A stretch of 63,952 bases of DNA, filler included, from Collodictyon triciliatum (taxonomy: Eukaryota), in the NCBI GenBank assembly GCA_043381765.1. It is 5 parts of 5 records of this genome, joined end to end, with 100 filler letters (N's around TTAATTAATTAA, not from the genome) between each part and the next. Parts side by side here need not be neighbours in the genome. Positions count along the whole stretch, not along the records: positions 13,953 to 27,803 come from JBHJMP010001906.1; positions 27,904 to 41,748 come from JBHJMP010001907.1; positions 41,849 to 55,697 come from JBHJMP010001908.1; 2 more parts are not named here. One strand, given 5' to 3'. Made by a program: the position numbers and the translations under genes. A model generated the notes under the pieces. The model did no database searches and was not told where the DNA came from. It saw only the letters and a list, made by a program, of their open reading frames with translations. This document shows positions 26,138-49,879 of the stretch, piece by piece. Each line of letters starts with the position of its first letter. Positions within the stretch are counted from its first letter, which is position 1.

Positions 26138-27673
26138 TTAGCGCTTCGCAAATGTCACCCGCATGGGTCTATCCTTTGTCACGAGGAATCCGTTCAAGGC
26201 GGACAATGCAACGCCACTTTGAGTTTCGCTTTCAAACTCCACAAAAGCAACTCCAGAGCGACCAGGCACAGTGCGGGCTTCCTTGAATCCAAGGTAACTG
26301 GTGGATAAAAAAAAAACACTGAATATTGATTTGGTGAAATAAATGAAAAATAAAAAAAAATGAGATATTTGATTAGGTAGTTCTAGCTACTTGATCGGTT
26401 TAGACAACCATTAAGATAAAAATATGGAGAAATATACCTAGAGATAAAAAAAGAAAGAAAAAAGAAAGAAAAGAAAAGAAAGAAAAGAAAAGAAAGAAAA
26501 GAAAAGAGGAAAGAAGAAAAAGAAAGAAAGAAATGTGAAGAGAGTGCTTCTTACGATCCAAAGAGAACGCTAATCATATGCTCATCAGCCTCTTCAGGAA
26601 GGTTTTGAATGAACAGAATATTATGGGGTGTTGATGAAGTGTCAGCGGATTGCTGATATTCCACAGATGATACTTTCTCCCCAATGTCTTGTCTCTTGGA
26701 CTTCTTTTCGCCTGGTTGGATTTAAATGGTTACAGTTAGTTACGCATGTTCGAAGCAGGTCTATGAAAAAAAAAAGTACTTGGGTAGGTTCTATACACGA
26801 GGGAGAACATAAAAGAAAGAAAGGTTAAAATGTATAAAATTAAATGCGACAAATTTGAGTGATAGTAAGTGGAGGTAAGAATGTCCTTGAGGTGGTTCAC
26901 ATAGATATCCGTATCTTTATTTCCTTCGACTGAAAAGAAAGTCGAAGATAAAGAGACAATGACCCAAAAATAAAACATTAAAAAAAAAAAAAAAAACGGC
27001 ACGAAGGGAAAGGAAAGAAAACCGTCTTCAGGCTTCTTTCTCTTCTCAGTTTTCGGACGATCAGGATCAGCACCTTCTGTACGAGCAACGAGCTCAGATT
27101 TCGTCTTTGCATAGTTGACTTTCTATTAACATGAAACTGTGAGTGCCATAACGAGATGCACCGTAAACAAACAGACCAAATAGAGCAAATAATCTAGGCG
27201 AAAAATATAGTGAACGTAAGTTTGTAGGGGCATACGATTTGTTTGCCGTAGAACGGAAAATTGTTCAAGTTTCTGAGCGCGTTAGTAGCACAACCAATAT
27301 CTTTGAATACAACAAAGGCTTGTCCTCTCATGCGCAATGTCTTCAGTGCAACAATATCCATTATCTCCCCAAACTGAGAAAACATGGAAAGTAATTCCCT
27401 TTTCAGAACTTTGGGTAAAGGGGATGGGAGAAGAAAAAGCTTTTGAGTATTACACGAAGCAGTTAAATGGAGAACAGAGGGTGCAAACCACAAGGAAGAA
27501 AAAAAGAGCTAAAAAAAAAGAAAAGGCTAGAATGAGTTATGTTTGAGGTGGTGGCCTATGACACGAGAATCTTTTGAGTAGATCGCCTTACCGTCTTTCT
27601 TAAGTTTCTCGTTCAAGTTCTGAACATATATTGTCTGATTTGGAGGGATATCTACGGTGTTGAAAGTAGCCAT
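26138..27673 (-). CDS. U2 snRNP B''/U1A (SNF-like) spliceosomal protein with two RRMs
   Basis: MATFNTVDIPPNQTIYVQNLNEKLKK...FSQFGEIMDIVALKTLRMRGQAFVVF...NFPFYGKQI..YAKTKS; second RRM PHNILFIQNLPEE...GFKEARTVPGRSGVAFVEFE...MRVTFAKR*. The DIVALKT motif is of the U2B''/SNF type. Confidence 0.93.
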
Positions 27674-27803
27674 CGCACTGAACTCTACAGATGAGTAGTG
27701 TTGTTGAGGTTACGAATAATCAACAGCCTCCCACAAAGTGCGAGCAAAAGGAACAAAAGAGAGACAGGAAAATAAATACAAGTGACCATAGCTAGAATAA
27801 GGA

Positions 27804-27903
27804 NNNNNNNNNNNNNNNNNNNNNNNNNNNNNNNNNNNNNNNNNNNNTTAATTAATTAANNNNNNNNNNNNNNNNNNNNNNNNNNNNNNNNNNNNNNNNN
27901 NNN
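27804..27903. other. Artificial contig linker (44N-TTAATTAATTAA-44N)
   Basis: Identical to the other linkers. Confidence 0.97.
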
Positions 27904-27974
27904 CTTTTCTTTTCTTTTCTTTTCTTTTCTTTTCTTTTCTTTTCTTTTCTTTTCTTTTCTTTTCTTTTCTTTTC

Positions 27975-28011
<37 letters not shown>

Positions 28012-28176
28012 TTCTTTTTTTTTTTTTTTTTCTTTTTTTTCTTTTTTTTTTATTGATACTAGTATTATGAAGTTAATGACCCCTTCTCAGTCAGTGTCAC
28101 AGCAAAAATTACTACCTGATGAACTAACATCACCCCTTTCTCTCATTTCTCTAAAATTTCTGCAATACACTTCCAG

Positions 28177-38323
<10,147 letters not shown>

Positions 38324-38552
38324 GTATGGTTTTGTTTTTCTTTTCTTTCTTTTCTTCTTTCTTTTCTTTCTTTCTTTTCTTTCTTTCTTTTCTTTCTTTC
38401 TTTTCTTTCTTTCTTTCTTTTNNNNNNNNNNNNNNNNNNNNNNNNNNNNNNNNNNNNNNNNNTTCTTTTCTTTCTTTCTTTTCTTTCTTTCTTTTCTTTC
38501 TTTCTTTTCTTTCTTTCTTTTCTTTCTTTCTTTTCTTTTGAGAACGTAACAG

Positions 38553-41474
38553 AGTAATAAAAATCTGGAGACCGGTTGAAGGAGGGAAAAAAGAATTCCA
38601 AAGGAAAATCGGATATGAACTGAGGCTCTACGCTAAAGTGTCTAAGGAATTTGACAAAGTTCAGTTCTGGTATGGATTTAAAAGCCCAGACGGAGTCCAA
38701 AAATTCTCCCGCTCGATTCACCTGACGACTGACAACTCGGACTGGAGGTCGGAAAAGATTCATCCCTTTGTTGTGATGGAAAGAAACCCAGCGATACTGT
38801 CTGTGAAGTTCCAGGGTGACTTGCAAGATGTGACTGAACCCCCTAAAGAGCTACAAGGAGTCAACGAAGTTGATTGCAACCATATAGATAACCCTTTTAC
38901 GGTGGATTTTAATCTCAGTCGATTCCTATCAACTTATGATTTCCTTGATATGGACGTCCAAGACGCCCATGCAAAAGGAACTAACAAATGGTGCAGAAAT
39001 AACTAAACCTCGATTAAAGGGCGATAAGAAATGTGTGTTTTGAGGCAAGTCGGCACCCACAGCTTAAAAAGAGAAAACCATCCAAAAAAGCTGAGGAAGA
39101 AATATCCAGAAAAAAAGAATCAATTCAGCCCATGAGCTATTCTGCAATTCAACCAGAAAGAAAACGAATAAAAACACCTGCATCCCACCCCTTTGTATTC
39201 ATCTGATTCCATTGATATCATATATATTTATATTTAACCATGTGAGATGAAAGTCATTTTTTAGATAATTCATCTCTTTAATTGGTTTGTTCAGGCCGAT
39301 GAAGTCGACGGATTATCGTGGTCGATTTGGCAAAGATCGCCAGCAACTCAAGAAATAGATTTGAGGTTGAGTCCTCTAACCTGAGTGCTCAAATACGAGC
39401 GTGTCTTGTGGCTTCCTTCAGAGTAACTAATCCTTGTAGAACCCCGTGGCACATGGAGGATGGCAATTGGTATGTCTCCTTGATACATAGTTATAGAAAC
39501 AAGAGTCTGTGACATTTTGTCGAAAGCTGCCTATAATGTCCCTAGTTTATACACGATTATTTTTTAACTTCGGGCTTCGGCTTCGCTTCTGGTTAACATA
39601 AACGAGCATATCATTTGGTTTTTAGGTTTTGTGTTTGTAGTTGTTGTTTTTTTTTAACAGAGTCAACAGGGCAAGAGAGAACGATTCAGAACCAAGGTAA
39701 TTGAGGCCATGGTTCCCTGGCGTCAAAAATCTCCATCAACGTTTTTTTTTTCCTTTATTCGATTCAAAGAAATCTCCATCAATGTTAAATCCTGCCAGAT
39801 ATTATAAAGATTTATTAAAACAAAATGGAAAGCTTTGTTTCACCCAGTGATCGCTAATATATTGCACCCTTATTCGCTAGCAATCTACTTTATGCACTAA
39901 TAATCCGCAGTTCGAAAAGATTGTTGGCACGGGCGCCAACAGCTAAGTCTGCTTTATGCACTAATAATCCACAGTTCAAAAATTTTATTACTGATGTTTT
40001 CTGCCCTCACACCAATTTACTTTACAATTATATTTTCCATATATGCAATTCTAATATGTATATGATTTGAGATGAAGTGCATATTTTCTATATTTGGATA
40101 TTCTTGAAAATGGGTCCGAATGAGGTATCATTTCCAAATATATACCAAAATCCGTCCCAGGTAGGTATGGTCTAGCAGATATTGGTGCGTTTGGGGAGGA
40201 GATTGTAATGGCGTTTGCACAGATGAAGCACCAAAGTGTGAAAATCGTCAATGCAGCCTCATTTATCAATAATATATTACATGAATAAAGAAACGGGTAT
40301 TTAATTAGTAAACAGAAGAAAATGTTCGCTCATATATATTAATTTATTATATTTTCCATAATCATATAAAATTCAGCACATACCAAGCATGCGGATCAAT
40401 TCACTGAAATGCCTCTTCGCAAAAACCCAAGCGCCAAAGCCAACCCGTCACACACCAAACCTCTTTATTCTTTTGTCTGACTCGAAGCGTCACGCACAAA
40501 GCCCTACAAAGACGAATATCGCCTGCCAATGCCGCCAACCAAACTCTACCTAATTCCCATATACGCAACTTGGAAGACTTTCTGTTGCAAGGCACCCAAA
40601 CAGAAAGTAATAAACAGGCGGTGTGTTGTTTATACCTTCATATTATACTCTCTCACCCGCCAGCCAGGATTTCCATTTATTTCTACTTTCTTTAAATCGA
40701 CGCGAGTTCGGCGGATTTGGCCGAGGTTCTTTGACCTTTGGGTTTCTTGCAGCGCATTCTAAATCAAATATTATTTGATATTTGTTTCTATGGGCCTGTA
40801 ATAAGAGAATAATGAATTAATACAAATAGACTCCAATAAGAAAGTCGTCCCCTAAAAGGTTTGACCGGGTTGCACTAAATGGATTCCGCAGAGCCGCAAT
40901 TCTTTCTTCAAACACTGACAAAGGGACTTCCTATTCCCTCAAACCCATCTCCAGGCACAACCAAGGAACAGGTTATCCCATAGCTCTGCAAGGAATGCAA
41001 AAATGATGTTTTTAGTTTTCAATTGTCCTTTCTTAAGCACAGATATTATATATTTACCCCCTCTCTTTTTCACCTCTTTCTTGGGTATGAGAAGCTTCTG
41101 GCGTTGCTTCCTGCGACCCCTCTTCGCGATAGCTCTGTCCCGCATGCACCCGTGCGTGTCCCGAATCTGAGCCGAGAGCAATCGAAGGTTATTTTGGAGC
41201 GGTTTACTCAATTTCTTCTTAATCTTGGTTCTCTTTTTGTTCTGTGTTGTTTCTCTTTTTTCTGTTTTTTTCTGTTTTTTCTGTTTTTCTGCTTTTTTTT
41301 TATTTTTATGAAAAGTTTAGATAAGCGTAAGCCCTGTTCATCAATACCAATAAGCATACTAGCTGATATGCACTGTATGGAAACATGATCTGATAACTTT
41401 ACAGTTGGCTGTGAGGAACGTTCTGAGATATTTTCCTGCTTTTCTTCATGAAATCCTTGCTACTGAATTTGCAG
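38553..41474 (+). CDS. Uncharacterised multi-exon coding region (CHD C-terminal extension or separate gene), truncated by the contig end
   Basis: A 150-codon open exon at 38553-39006 (VIKIWRPVEGGKKEFQRKIGYELRLYAKVSKEFDKVQFWYGF...) followed by several AG/GT-bounded GC-richer segments (e.g. LLALLPATPLRDSSVPHAPVRVPNLSREQSKVILERFTQFLLNL) separated by T-rich introns. Exon phasing not fully resolved. Confidence 0.4.
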
Positions 41475-41748
41475 GTTATTAGTTATAGGAAGATTGATAA
41501 TTTTTCAAGGACGTCAGAAAATAAAATATCGTAACCTGCTGTTATAGCTGGTTGCCATAGGATTTAATAAGATAAAAAATAACAATAATAATAACAAATA
41601 ATAATAACAAATAATAATAACAAATAATAATAACAAATAATAATAACAAATAATAATAATAACAAATAATAATAATAACAAATAATAATAATAACAAATA
41701 ATAATAATAACAAATAATAATAATAACAAATAATAATAATAACAAATA

Positions 41749-41848
41749 NNNNNNNNNNNNNNNNNNNNNNNNNNNNNNNNNNNNNNNNNNNNTTAATTAA
41801 TTAANNNNNNNNNNNNNNNNNNNNNNNNNNNNNNNNNNNNNNNNNNNN
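41749..41848. other. Artificial contig linker (44N-TTAATTAATTAA-44N)
   Basis: Identical to the other linkers. Confidence 0.97.
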
Positions 41849-43057
41849 GAAAGTCGAGGAAAGGAAAACACGGATGACACGCTCGTCGAAGACAATGAGT
41901 GGCAATGGTGTGGGTGTCACGTATCTTTGTGGAGCCGGATTCCACTTCTTGTATTGCCTCTCCTTCAGGTCTTCACGAGCAAGCTTCATCTGGTTTGAAA
42001 AGGACATTATATTTCATAAAACGGAATGTATTTGGTCAAGTTTTAATCATTTTTAAATTAATTATTAATTACCTTGTCAAGAAGAATGCAAGTACGCATG
42101 AGCACAACAGAGCCTTTTTCTTCCAGACCAAGACCTGAATCAAAATTTAAATTTAGTTAAGTTGATATATTAAAATATTATCAAATAAAAATATCACAAA
42201 AAGAGATAAAGATAAATCAAATTTCAACCATGGAACGGAAACGGGGCCTTCGCTCTTTGGTAGAGCTTCTTGGCAATATCGTACCTCTCACGACATTTTT
42301 TCTACAATTTTTAACGATTGGAAACAATAAATCTGCGTGGTTCAAAAAAATAAAAAACTTAGTGCAAAAAAATTAAAAGATGGTTTTTATTACCCCAAGA
42401 CTTCCCAAATGGCCAACACTGTGGCCAATAAGATACTGGAGCGTTGTATTGAGCAAATCTGTAAGAATATTCATATGTCAGTTACTCATACAAAATAAAT
42501 GGATGATATGTGAAAAATTCCAAAATCAGTTCCCTCTAAAGCAAATAAAGCAAACCAGCGTAATGGGACTGAGAAGCAACAGCCTCATCACGCACATTCA
42601 ATTTCAGAAACCAATCAACAATGAGTTTTTGATTCTCGTCAACAAGAACCTCCTCCTCAATAGCTTTGTCACTGATATATATATATAAAAGGATTAAATA
42701 CCAATCCATGAATGAAATAAACTATATAAAAATTGTGAATATCATAAATAAATCATACGCAAACAAGCGGGAATGGTAGCTCTTCAAGGGCTTTCCGGTG
42801 ACCATCTCAATCAGCATGGCCAATAAGAATCCGTCCATTAAGTCATCGTGGGTATTCTTCGCCTTGAGCTCGATTTTTCCTAGGTGGTGGTTCACCCATT
42901 CGAGGACAGCCTGTGCTCAGTTGCCATATTAAGTATTTATTCTTGTTCGATATATATATATATTAATTATCTATGATTATATGTATGTATTTGTGCAGAC
43001 TTCGTCAATGGTGACAAGGCTGACATTGGCCTCGGTGCTTGTTTCGGTTGCAGACAT
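41849..43057 (-). CDS. Protein with an N-terminal calponin-homology (CH) domain; 3' end cut by the contig end
   Basis: MSATETSTEANVSLVTIDE|AVLEWVNHHLGKIELKAKNTHDDLMDGFLLAMLIEMVTGKPL.. fits the CH consensus (W.N..L...DL.DG..L..L.E..TG). Downstream exons splice in frame. Confidence 0.7.
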
Positions 43058-43966
43058 GTTTTGAATCTTCCTATTCCTTCGTGTGTGTTGCATAAAAAAT
43101 ATCGTATTCGTCGGTTATTTTTTTTTTTGGTTTCTTTTCAATATTTTATTGAGAGAAAACAAAGCCGAGGAAAACGCCTTCGCCTCTAAGACAAAATGAG
43201 CTGTGGACAAGACAGAGGAAAACCCCGGATTGTGTGGTTGGAGTTTTGTGTTTTGGATTGAAGGAAAGAGAAAGGAAATGAAAACGATAGAGAAAAAGAA
43301 AAAGATAGAGAAAAAGAAAATAGAAAGGAGAGAAATCGTATTCTTGTATTATAATATATGCCAATTATCTATCAACTCTAATATAAAACAACCTATTCTC
43401 CTTTTTCATGAATAAATGTTTGATTTATTGAATCATAATTTGAATGCGTTTTGGATAGTTTCAATAGGCTAACAAGGCTGCATTGTATTAAAGCTCAAAG
43501 CTCAAAGCTCAAGATCATCAACTCTTAATATATTTTTTATTCTTTTTTATGAAATAAACTATTTGTGATTACAAATATATCTTAATATGAAATGAATTCT
43601 GTGCTTTTTAATTGCTTTTTTGTAAATAATAAGGATGTGATTTGCTTATGCATCATACATCCATTAAACATTCTCTTAATGGTAAATATTTCGTATAATA
43701 TAAGAAATGTGATATGTATGCAAATATCTGCGTGATAAATTAATATTATCTCAGGTCGAGTTAATAGATTCCTTGAGTCTATTCGAAATTGTGCAAATGT
43801 CTCAAACTATATGTAATGGTTGGTATGTTCCCACAGAATGTCAAATTCACAAACAAAATAAAATTGTAATACCGATATTCATGGAATACTCTCCGTTAAT
43901 TATAGCCTGACTTTCATCATGAAGATTTTACGTGGGATTTGAATATAAATACCAAACCACCACCGC

Positions 43967-46930
43967 TTAAGTTTTCCGGGTTAAGATGCTTGCCTTCCAT
44001 TCAATGGAAGCATTTTTCCATATGTACCTTGTATTAACGGACAAACCATGAAAAAAAAATACTTCGTTAGTAATCATCCTTTTTTGGTAATACTAATCGA
44101 ATGAAAAAGTAGCCTGCATCTTGGATTGTTTGTCCAGATTGTTTTAGTGTGAGGCGCGTTACCAATAACCAGTCCACTCTTTATATGGCTCTTGTGAGGT
44201 TGCTCTTGCTTGAGCGATGCTTATTCTTCCATAGCTCCGGGTGGTTGGGTTTAAAAGGGTTGACATCGTCTTTCTATACTTGACAGCTCGGTCTGCTAAT
44301 ATTGTTACGGAGTTTAACCATGATATTTTTCTTTTGGCTTTCCTTTGTGTTCTGGGACAGAGTACGACATAGAGAGGTAAACGTAACATGAAATAAATTT
44401 TTAACATTGGGTGGTTCTGATGTCGGATTCTTATCCAGCGCATCATTCATCAAAAACGCGTTTTAACCATTGAAGAATACAGTGAAGATGTGTTGTTTGT
44501 TGTTTGTTTGTTATTTTTCAGGTACCTTCGATGTTGCCCTTGATGAAGCCCGGGGGGAATGCAGCAGATAATGGGTAGCAAAGAGCTGGCCTCTCTTGGT
44601 ATGGGCACGGAAAGAAAAAAAAAAGAGCAGTTAAGTATTAATTTACTCTTTCTCTGCGATTTTTCTTTTGGGAAGGTATGCTGTGTATTCTTGAAGTTGA
44701 TCGAATAGCTGGTTCATAGTCTTCTTATTATGGCACTCAAGATATTTCAGGACTTGGGCTTATTCTTTCTTTTGCCTGTATGTGGGCGTGGTAGTTCTGA
44801 ACCTCTGTGTTTACCTCGAAGGGGAGCGTGACAGCCGGTTCCGTACAGGTTCTGCTTCCGGGCGCTCTTTGTGGGCGATTAGGTGTGGCTGGGAACCTTT
44901 GGTCGAGCGGAGGGCTACATTCTTGTGCTTGGTTGTGTGTTTGCTTCAAGCCAGCGCTTTTGATCTCCAGTACGCTATTCTGTCCAAGAAAAGAAAGGAA
45001 ACAATAGGGAAAATAATAGAAAAAATAGGAAAAAAATATAGTTATGATATGTTGAATGGCAATTTGTATGCAGATCATCGAATAAAAACCAAAAAAAGAA
45101 ATAATTGATGTTGATTCAAACAACCTTCTTTGCTTTTCCATCAAAGGCTCTCTTTTTAAGTTCTCGGTTGATTGTGGGATAAGAGAGGGAATGAACCTTG
45201 GATCGAGCGTGTGAGAGCGTCGACCGGTGATCGGCTAAAAACATGCCTTGTGATTGCCATGAACAACCAATAAATGCACAAACAAGCCGACGTAGCTAGT
45301 ATAGAGCGCCCTTGAGTATGAAACAAAAAGATTGAGAGGGACGGCGGATGAAGAATGGTCGGGTGAAGGACCGCTGCCACGCACGGCGAAACGTCAGAAC
45401 GGTACAAGGGATTGTGGTTAGAAAGAATAAAAATAGATGGGTTCGACATTAGTCAAAATCAATACTGGAATTCCAGATTAGGTAATGTATTAAAATCAGT
45501 GAAAGTATCCATATATAAAAAATTATATAACTTCCTATTTCCCTCTTTGTACTTACTTGAGGGGAGGGGGTGGTTTTTGATTTGTTAAATCTACACCTAC
45601 GCCAGGAAAAGAAAAAGATAAAAGAAAAGAAAAAGAAAGGAATTGAAAAAAAAAATGAAGAGAAAAGAAAAAAGAAAAAGAAAAAGAAATGAAAAAGAAA
45701 GAGAAAAAGAAAAAAGGAAAGGATAAAGAAAAAGATAAACGAAGAGAAAGAGAAAAAGAAAAATGAAGAGAAAAAGAGAAAAAGAAAAAAGAAAAAGAAA
45801 AATGAAGAGAAAAAGAAAAAAAGAAAAAGAAAAAGAAAAATGGAGAGAAAAAGAAAAAGAAAAAGAAAAACAAATGAAAAAGAAAGACAAAGAGAAAAAG
45901 TAAAAATAAAAGGAAAAGAAATGAAAAGAAAAAGAAATGAAAAAGAAAAATGAAGAGAAAAAGAAAAAAGAAAAAGAAAAAGAAAAAGAAATGAAAAATA
46001 AAGGAAAAAGAAAAAGGAAAAAGAAAAAGAAAAGGAAAAGAAAAAGAAAAAAGAAAGAGAAAAAGAAAAACGAAGAGAAAAGAAAAAGAAAAATGGAGAG
46101 AAAAGAAAAGGAAAAAGAAATGAAAAATAAAAAAGAAAAGGAAAAAGAAAAAGGAAAAGGAAAAGGAAAGGAAAAAGAAAAGGAAAAAGAAAAAGAAAAG
46201 AAAAAAGAAAAGGAAAAAGAAAAGAAAAAGAAAAAGAAATGAAAAAGAAAAGAAAAAGAAAGAGAAAAATGAAGAGAAAAATAAAAAAGGAAACAAAAAA
46301 AGAAAAAAGGAAAAAGGAAAAAGGAAAGGAAAAGAAAAGGAAAATGAAGAGAAAAAGAAAAAGAAATGAAAAATAAATGAAAAAGAAAAAGGAAAAAGGA
46401 AAAGAAAAGGAAAGGAAAAGGAAAAGAAAAAGAAAAAGAAAAAGAAAAAAGAAAGAGAAAAAGAAAAACGAATAGAAAAGAAAAAGAAAAATGGAGAGAA
46501 AAAGAAAAAAGAAAAAGAAAAAGAAATGAAAAAGAAATGAAAAAGAAATGAAAAAGAAATGAAAAATAAAAAAAGAAAAGGAAAAAGAAAAAGGAAAAGG
46601 AAAGGAAAAGGAAAAAGAAAAAGAAAAGGAAAAAGAAAAGAAAAAAGAAAAAGAAAAAGAAAAAGAAATGAAAAAGAAAAAGAAATGAAAATAAATAAAA
46701 TCAGTTGCATGAGCTTCAGTAGACATCTTACACATGCATTTATATTCATTTGGATAAAACACTTCATGCTCCTTACTACACACCAAAAAAAAAGGCAGCC
46801 GGAGCGAGGCAACGATTAATGTGGGCGATGATGAGCTGTTGTCGAGTGTGCATTTCCAGCCGAGTCGGGGGGAGGTGATGGTATCATAGGGAGCGAACTG
46901 AGGCAAGGATGTTCCGAGCAGATAGTTGTT
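43967..46930 (-). CDS. Hypothetical multi-exon gene, no recognisable domain
   Basis: GC-richer segments flanked by AG/GT on the minus strand (e.g. about 44160-44355 TQRKAKRKISWLNSVTILADRAVKYRKT..., about 44740-44980) with T-rich introns. Frame continuity is incomplete. Confidence 0.25.
45604..46700. repeat. About 1.1-kb GAAAA/GAAAAA-type purine-rich low-complexity tract
   Basis: Almost exclusively A/G on the + strand; source of the spurious F/S/L-rich and K/R/E-rich ORFs. Confidence 0.95.
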
Positions 46931-49719
46931 CTTGATTAATTAGGATAATAAAATAACGGAATGTGCATAGAATAAGATACTACTTTCGTGGGAAACATGG
47001 CTATCAGCTCGGCAAGGACTCCTATCAATTTCATAATAAATAGACACAGCTGGCAAATTAGAGTAATTGTAAAATTAAAATTCATCTTTCACACGTTTTT
47101 TAATAGTATAGAAAAGATAAGTTCTGAAGTCTGCAGACACGGACATCGCTGGTAGTGTATTAAGCTTTGATTGGTTATGAAAAGCAAAATGAAATTGCAC
47201 TGAAGAAACACAACTGCATTTTTTTTGCTTGATTGATATATTGATTTCTTTGAATAAAATACAAATCGTAAAATACTACATGAAAATTGCAATTCATACA
47301 AATATATAGAATATGATTTTGTGATAACATACCTGCTTCGTCGCGTTCAATTTAAAGTATCGAATATATTGAAATGATTTATTATTTTTTACGAAATTTT
47401 GGACAATAAAGAGACTTACTGTTTCTCACACAACAACTCATCCCCACACCCCACAAATCTTTCCTTAGACCATCTCTTCATATCATCGGAAAAACTTGGA
47501 GCCGTCCATCCAACCACCCCTTTCCCCCTCAGTAGTAGCAGCAGATCGAACAGTTCCCTTTCCCTTGGTTGTTTTGTCTCGTGTCCCTTTAGCATGACCT
47601 TCGCAGGATTCAGAGCGTGAGTTAAAGTTAGTGAAAATCAGGTACAAAAGATGATTTCTATATAATTGATTGACATGGAATGATTCAAAATATGACTAAA
47701 CAAAGGCTATTAGAATCAAAACTCCTCAAAAAAATAATCATATATCATCGTTGTTTAGTAACTAATATTTTGATATTAAATCGTCGGTTTTCTCTCATCA
47801 GCTGGTTTGTTCTTATAAACCCAAGTATGACTATCGTTATTCGTTCATACGTTACTTCTGATTCGTCATTAAACAAGCCCATCGGAAACCAAGATAAAAT
47901 GAAACATATATCTCCAGATTATTATGATGCTGATTTATAAACACCTCTTTTTGCTTAAATATTTTTCGATTGAATCAGATACAAAAAAAAAATTAAAAAT
48001 GTGCTGTGCTGAGCTATTCTGATATTAGCCACGTTAGCGATGGAGCATGAAACGGACATAAATTTATAAATCTTTTATTTTAATCACGTAAAAGAAAATG
48101 AGTTAAAATAAAAGTATTTGTTTAATATAATCTTTCATTTCAGGCAACGTAATAAATCGTGAGCCACACGACTTCATAAGCAAGCAACTTCGTCTACTTT
48201 CGGCCGTATTGGGTATTCAAAGGCCTTCAACTGGTTCCTGGATGGTTTAAACGAATATTTATCTTTCTCATCAATGTGGGCATCATCATGAATACAATCA
48301 TTCTATACATCAATATTATGTTATTCTGAATGAAAGCAATTCGGTTGTGCAGTGGCTACAGCTGTTTACGGTTATTGAAATTTGATAAGAATAAACTGAA
48401 GGGATAATCAAAGTCGACAGAATTCATATACTCCCTGTATCAATCGATTTCCATGTGTGAAGTTGAAAAAATACAGATTCATTATAAAAAACCTCTGTCA
48501 CTTTCGTTTAGTTCAACAGCCCATCAAGAGGCATGAATGCAGTCATTACTGATGAATAAAAATACAAAAATAAGACATCGGAATGATAAATGAAGAATGA
48601 TGCTACCTCTAAATAGTAGTTTCAGACCTTGTGTTGGCAGTATCGACCTATATATGACGACATAATCATAGTGTCTATTCGTCTCCATATAAAAAGTATA
48701 AACGCTCAAAAATTGAATAAATGATATTCTAAAATGTATCACGTCTGAAATTATCGATGTGTAATTAGAAACACTTGAATTTACTAACTTGTGTAAGGCT
48801 CGCCAAAACAATTCAATCGTCTCATTTTTTTCATCAAAAATTCGCAGAGCAGAAAACCATAGCCTATGGTCGGATTAATGTCTTTTTTTTTTATAGAATT
48901 ATAGGTAAATTAGTGATTGGTAAAATAAGGCACCGATTCCACAAACCTCTCCAAAAAGTGTGTGCTGCCTAAAGATAAGGGAAATAAGTCTGTTATTTTA
49001 TCGGATGAAAGGTCAAAAATAAAACTAATAAACATTCGACTTACCAGAGTGGATGATGCTATGTTTCTCACACGTGCAGGATGACTCTTCATACAATAGT
49101 TTTGTGCATGATTATAAGGGTCAGAGACTATAAAAGTGCAGAATCTTTGCTACTAATGTGATAGGACTCCCCATTTCCACAACTGATTATTTTACCATCT
49201 TCACATTCTTCATTAATCGAGCACTGTGAGAAGAGATGTGTGTAAAGAAACCGAGAAAGTGATTTAACCTCCTCTTACCTCTCATGCACCATAAGAATTA
49301 GGCTAAAGGCCAGAGCGCGGTATGAAATCCTAATTACCGACTTATTCTCTGTTACTCAGGTTCCGATGGAAGCATCATGCAAACAAATGCTAGCGAATCA
49401 AAGCCAACATACCTAATCTTGCACAAATCAAATTGAAAATATCAAAAGGTTGGAAATCATCTCTAAATTGAAAAAAAAATCGCATGTTAAAAATATCAGC
49501 ACGAAGGGGTGTGCTTCGCCGGACAACGGAGCACACCCCACAACTTTCGAAGAAAATGACGTCACCAGAAGAGTGCTTCCATGAGAGAGGAATGAGATAC
49601 CACATCTACGCCGAGCTTCGACCCCACAAAAACACACCTCACAGCATTGTCCGCCCTCTATTCCATGTCTGCCCATCTTGGAAAATCCCCTATGCCCCCC
49701 CCAGACACCCCTTTGTAAC

Positions 49720-49879
49720 ACCCAGGCCACAGGCCAAACCTCAGGATGCAATCCTGAGTACCGACTACTTCTTCGCCACCCGGCCAACAAGTAGCGCCCA
49801 TACAACCGACGGCTAGCGAACCAAATCCAACACACACCCTCGGCCCTGCACAAAGTTGAAAGGAAGAATAAAAAAAAAA
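49720..49879 (+). mobile_element. Dispersed repeat copy A: probable 3' end of a non-LTR retrotransposon with a poly(A) tail
   Basis: About 90% identical by eye over about 115 bp to the reverse complement of 54702-54851. Encodes ...TDYFFATRPTSSAHTTDG*, then a short UTR and an A run at 49870-49879. A shorter related copy lies at about 49388-49440. Confidence 0.55.

Noticed and set aside
45449..46906. Long 485-aa and 419-aa F/S/L-rich ORFs
   Set aside because: Translations of a pyrimidine-rich simple repeat that lacks stop codons by composition.
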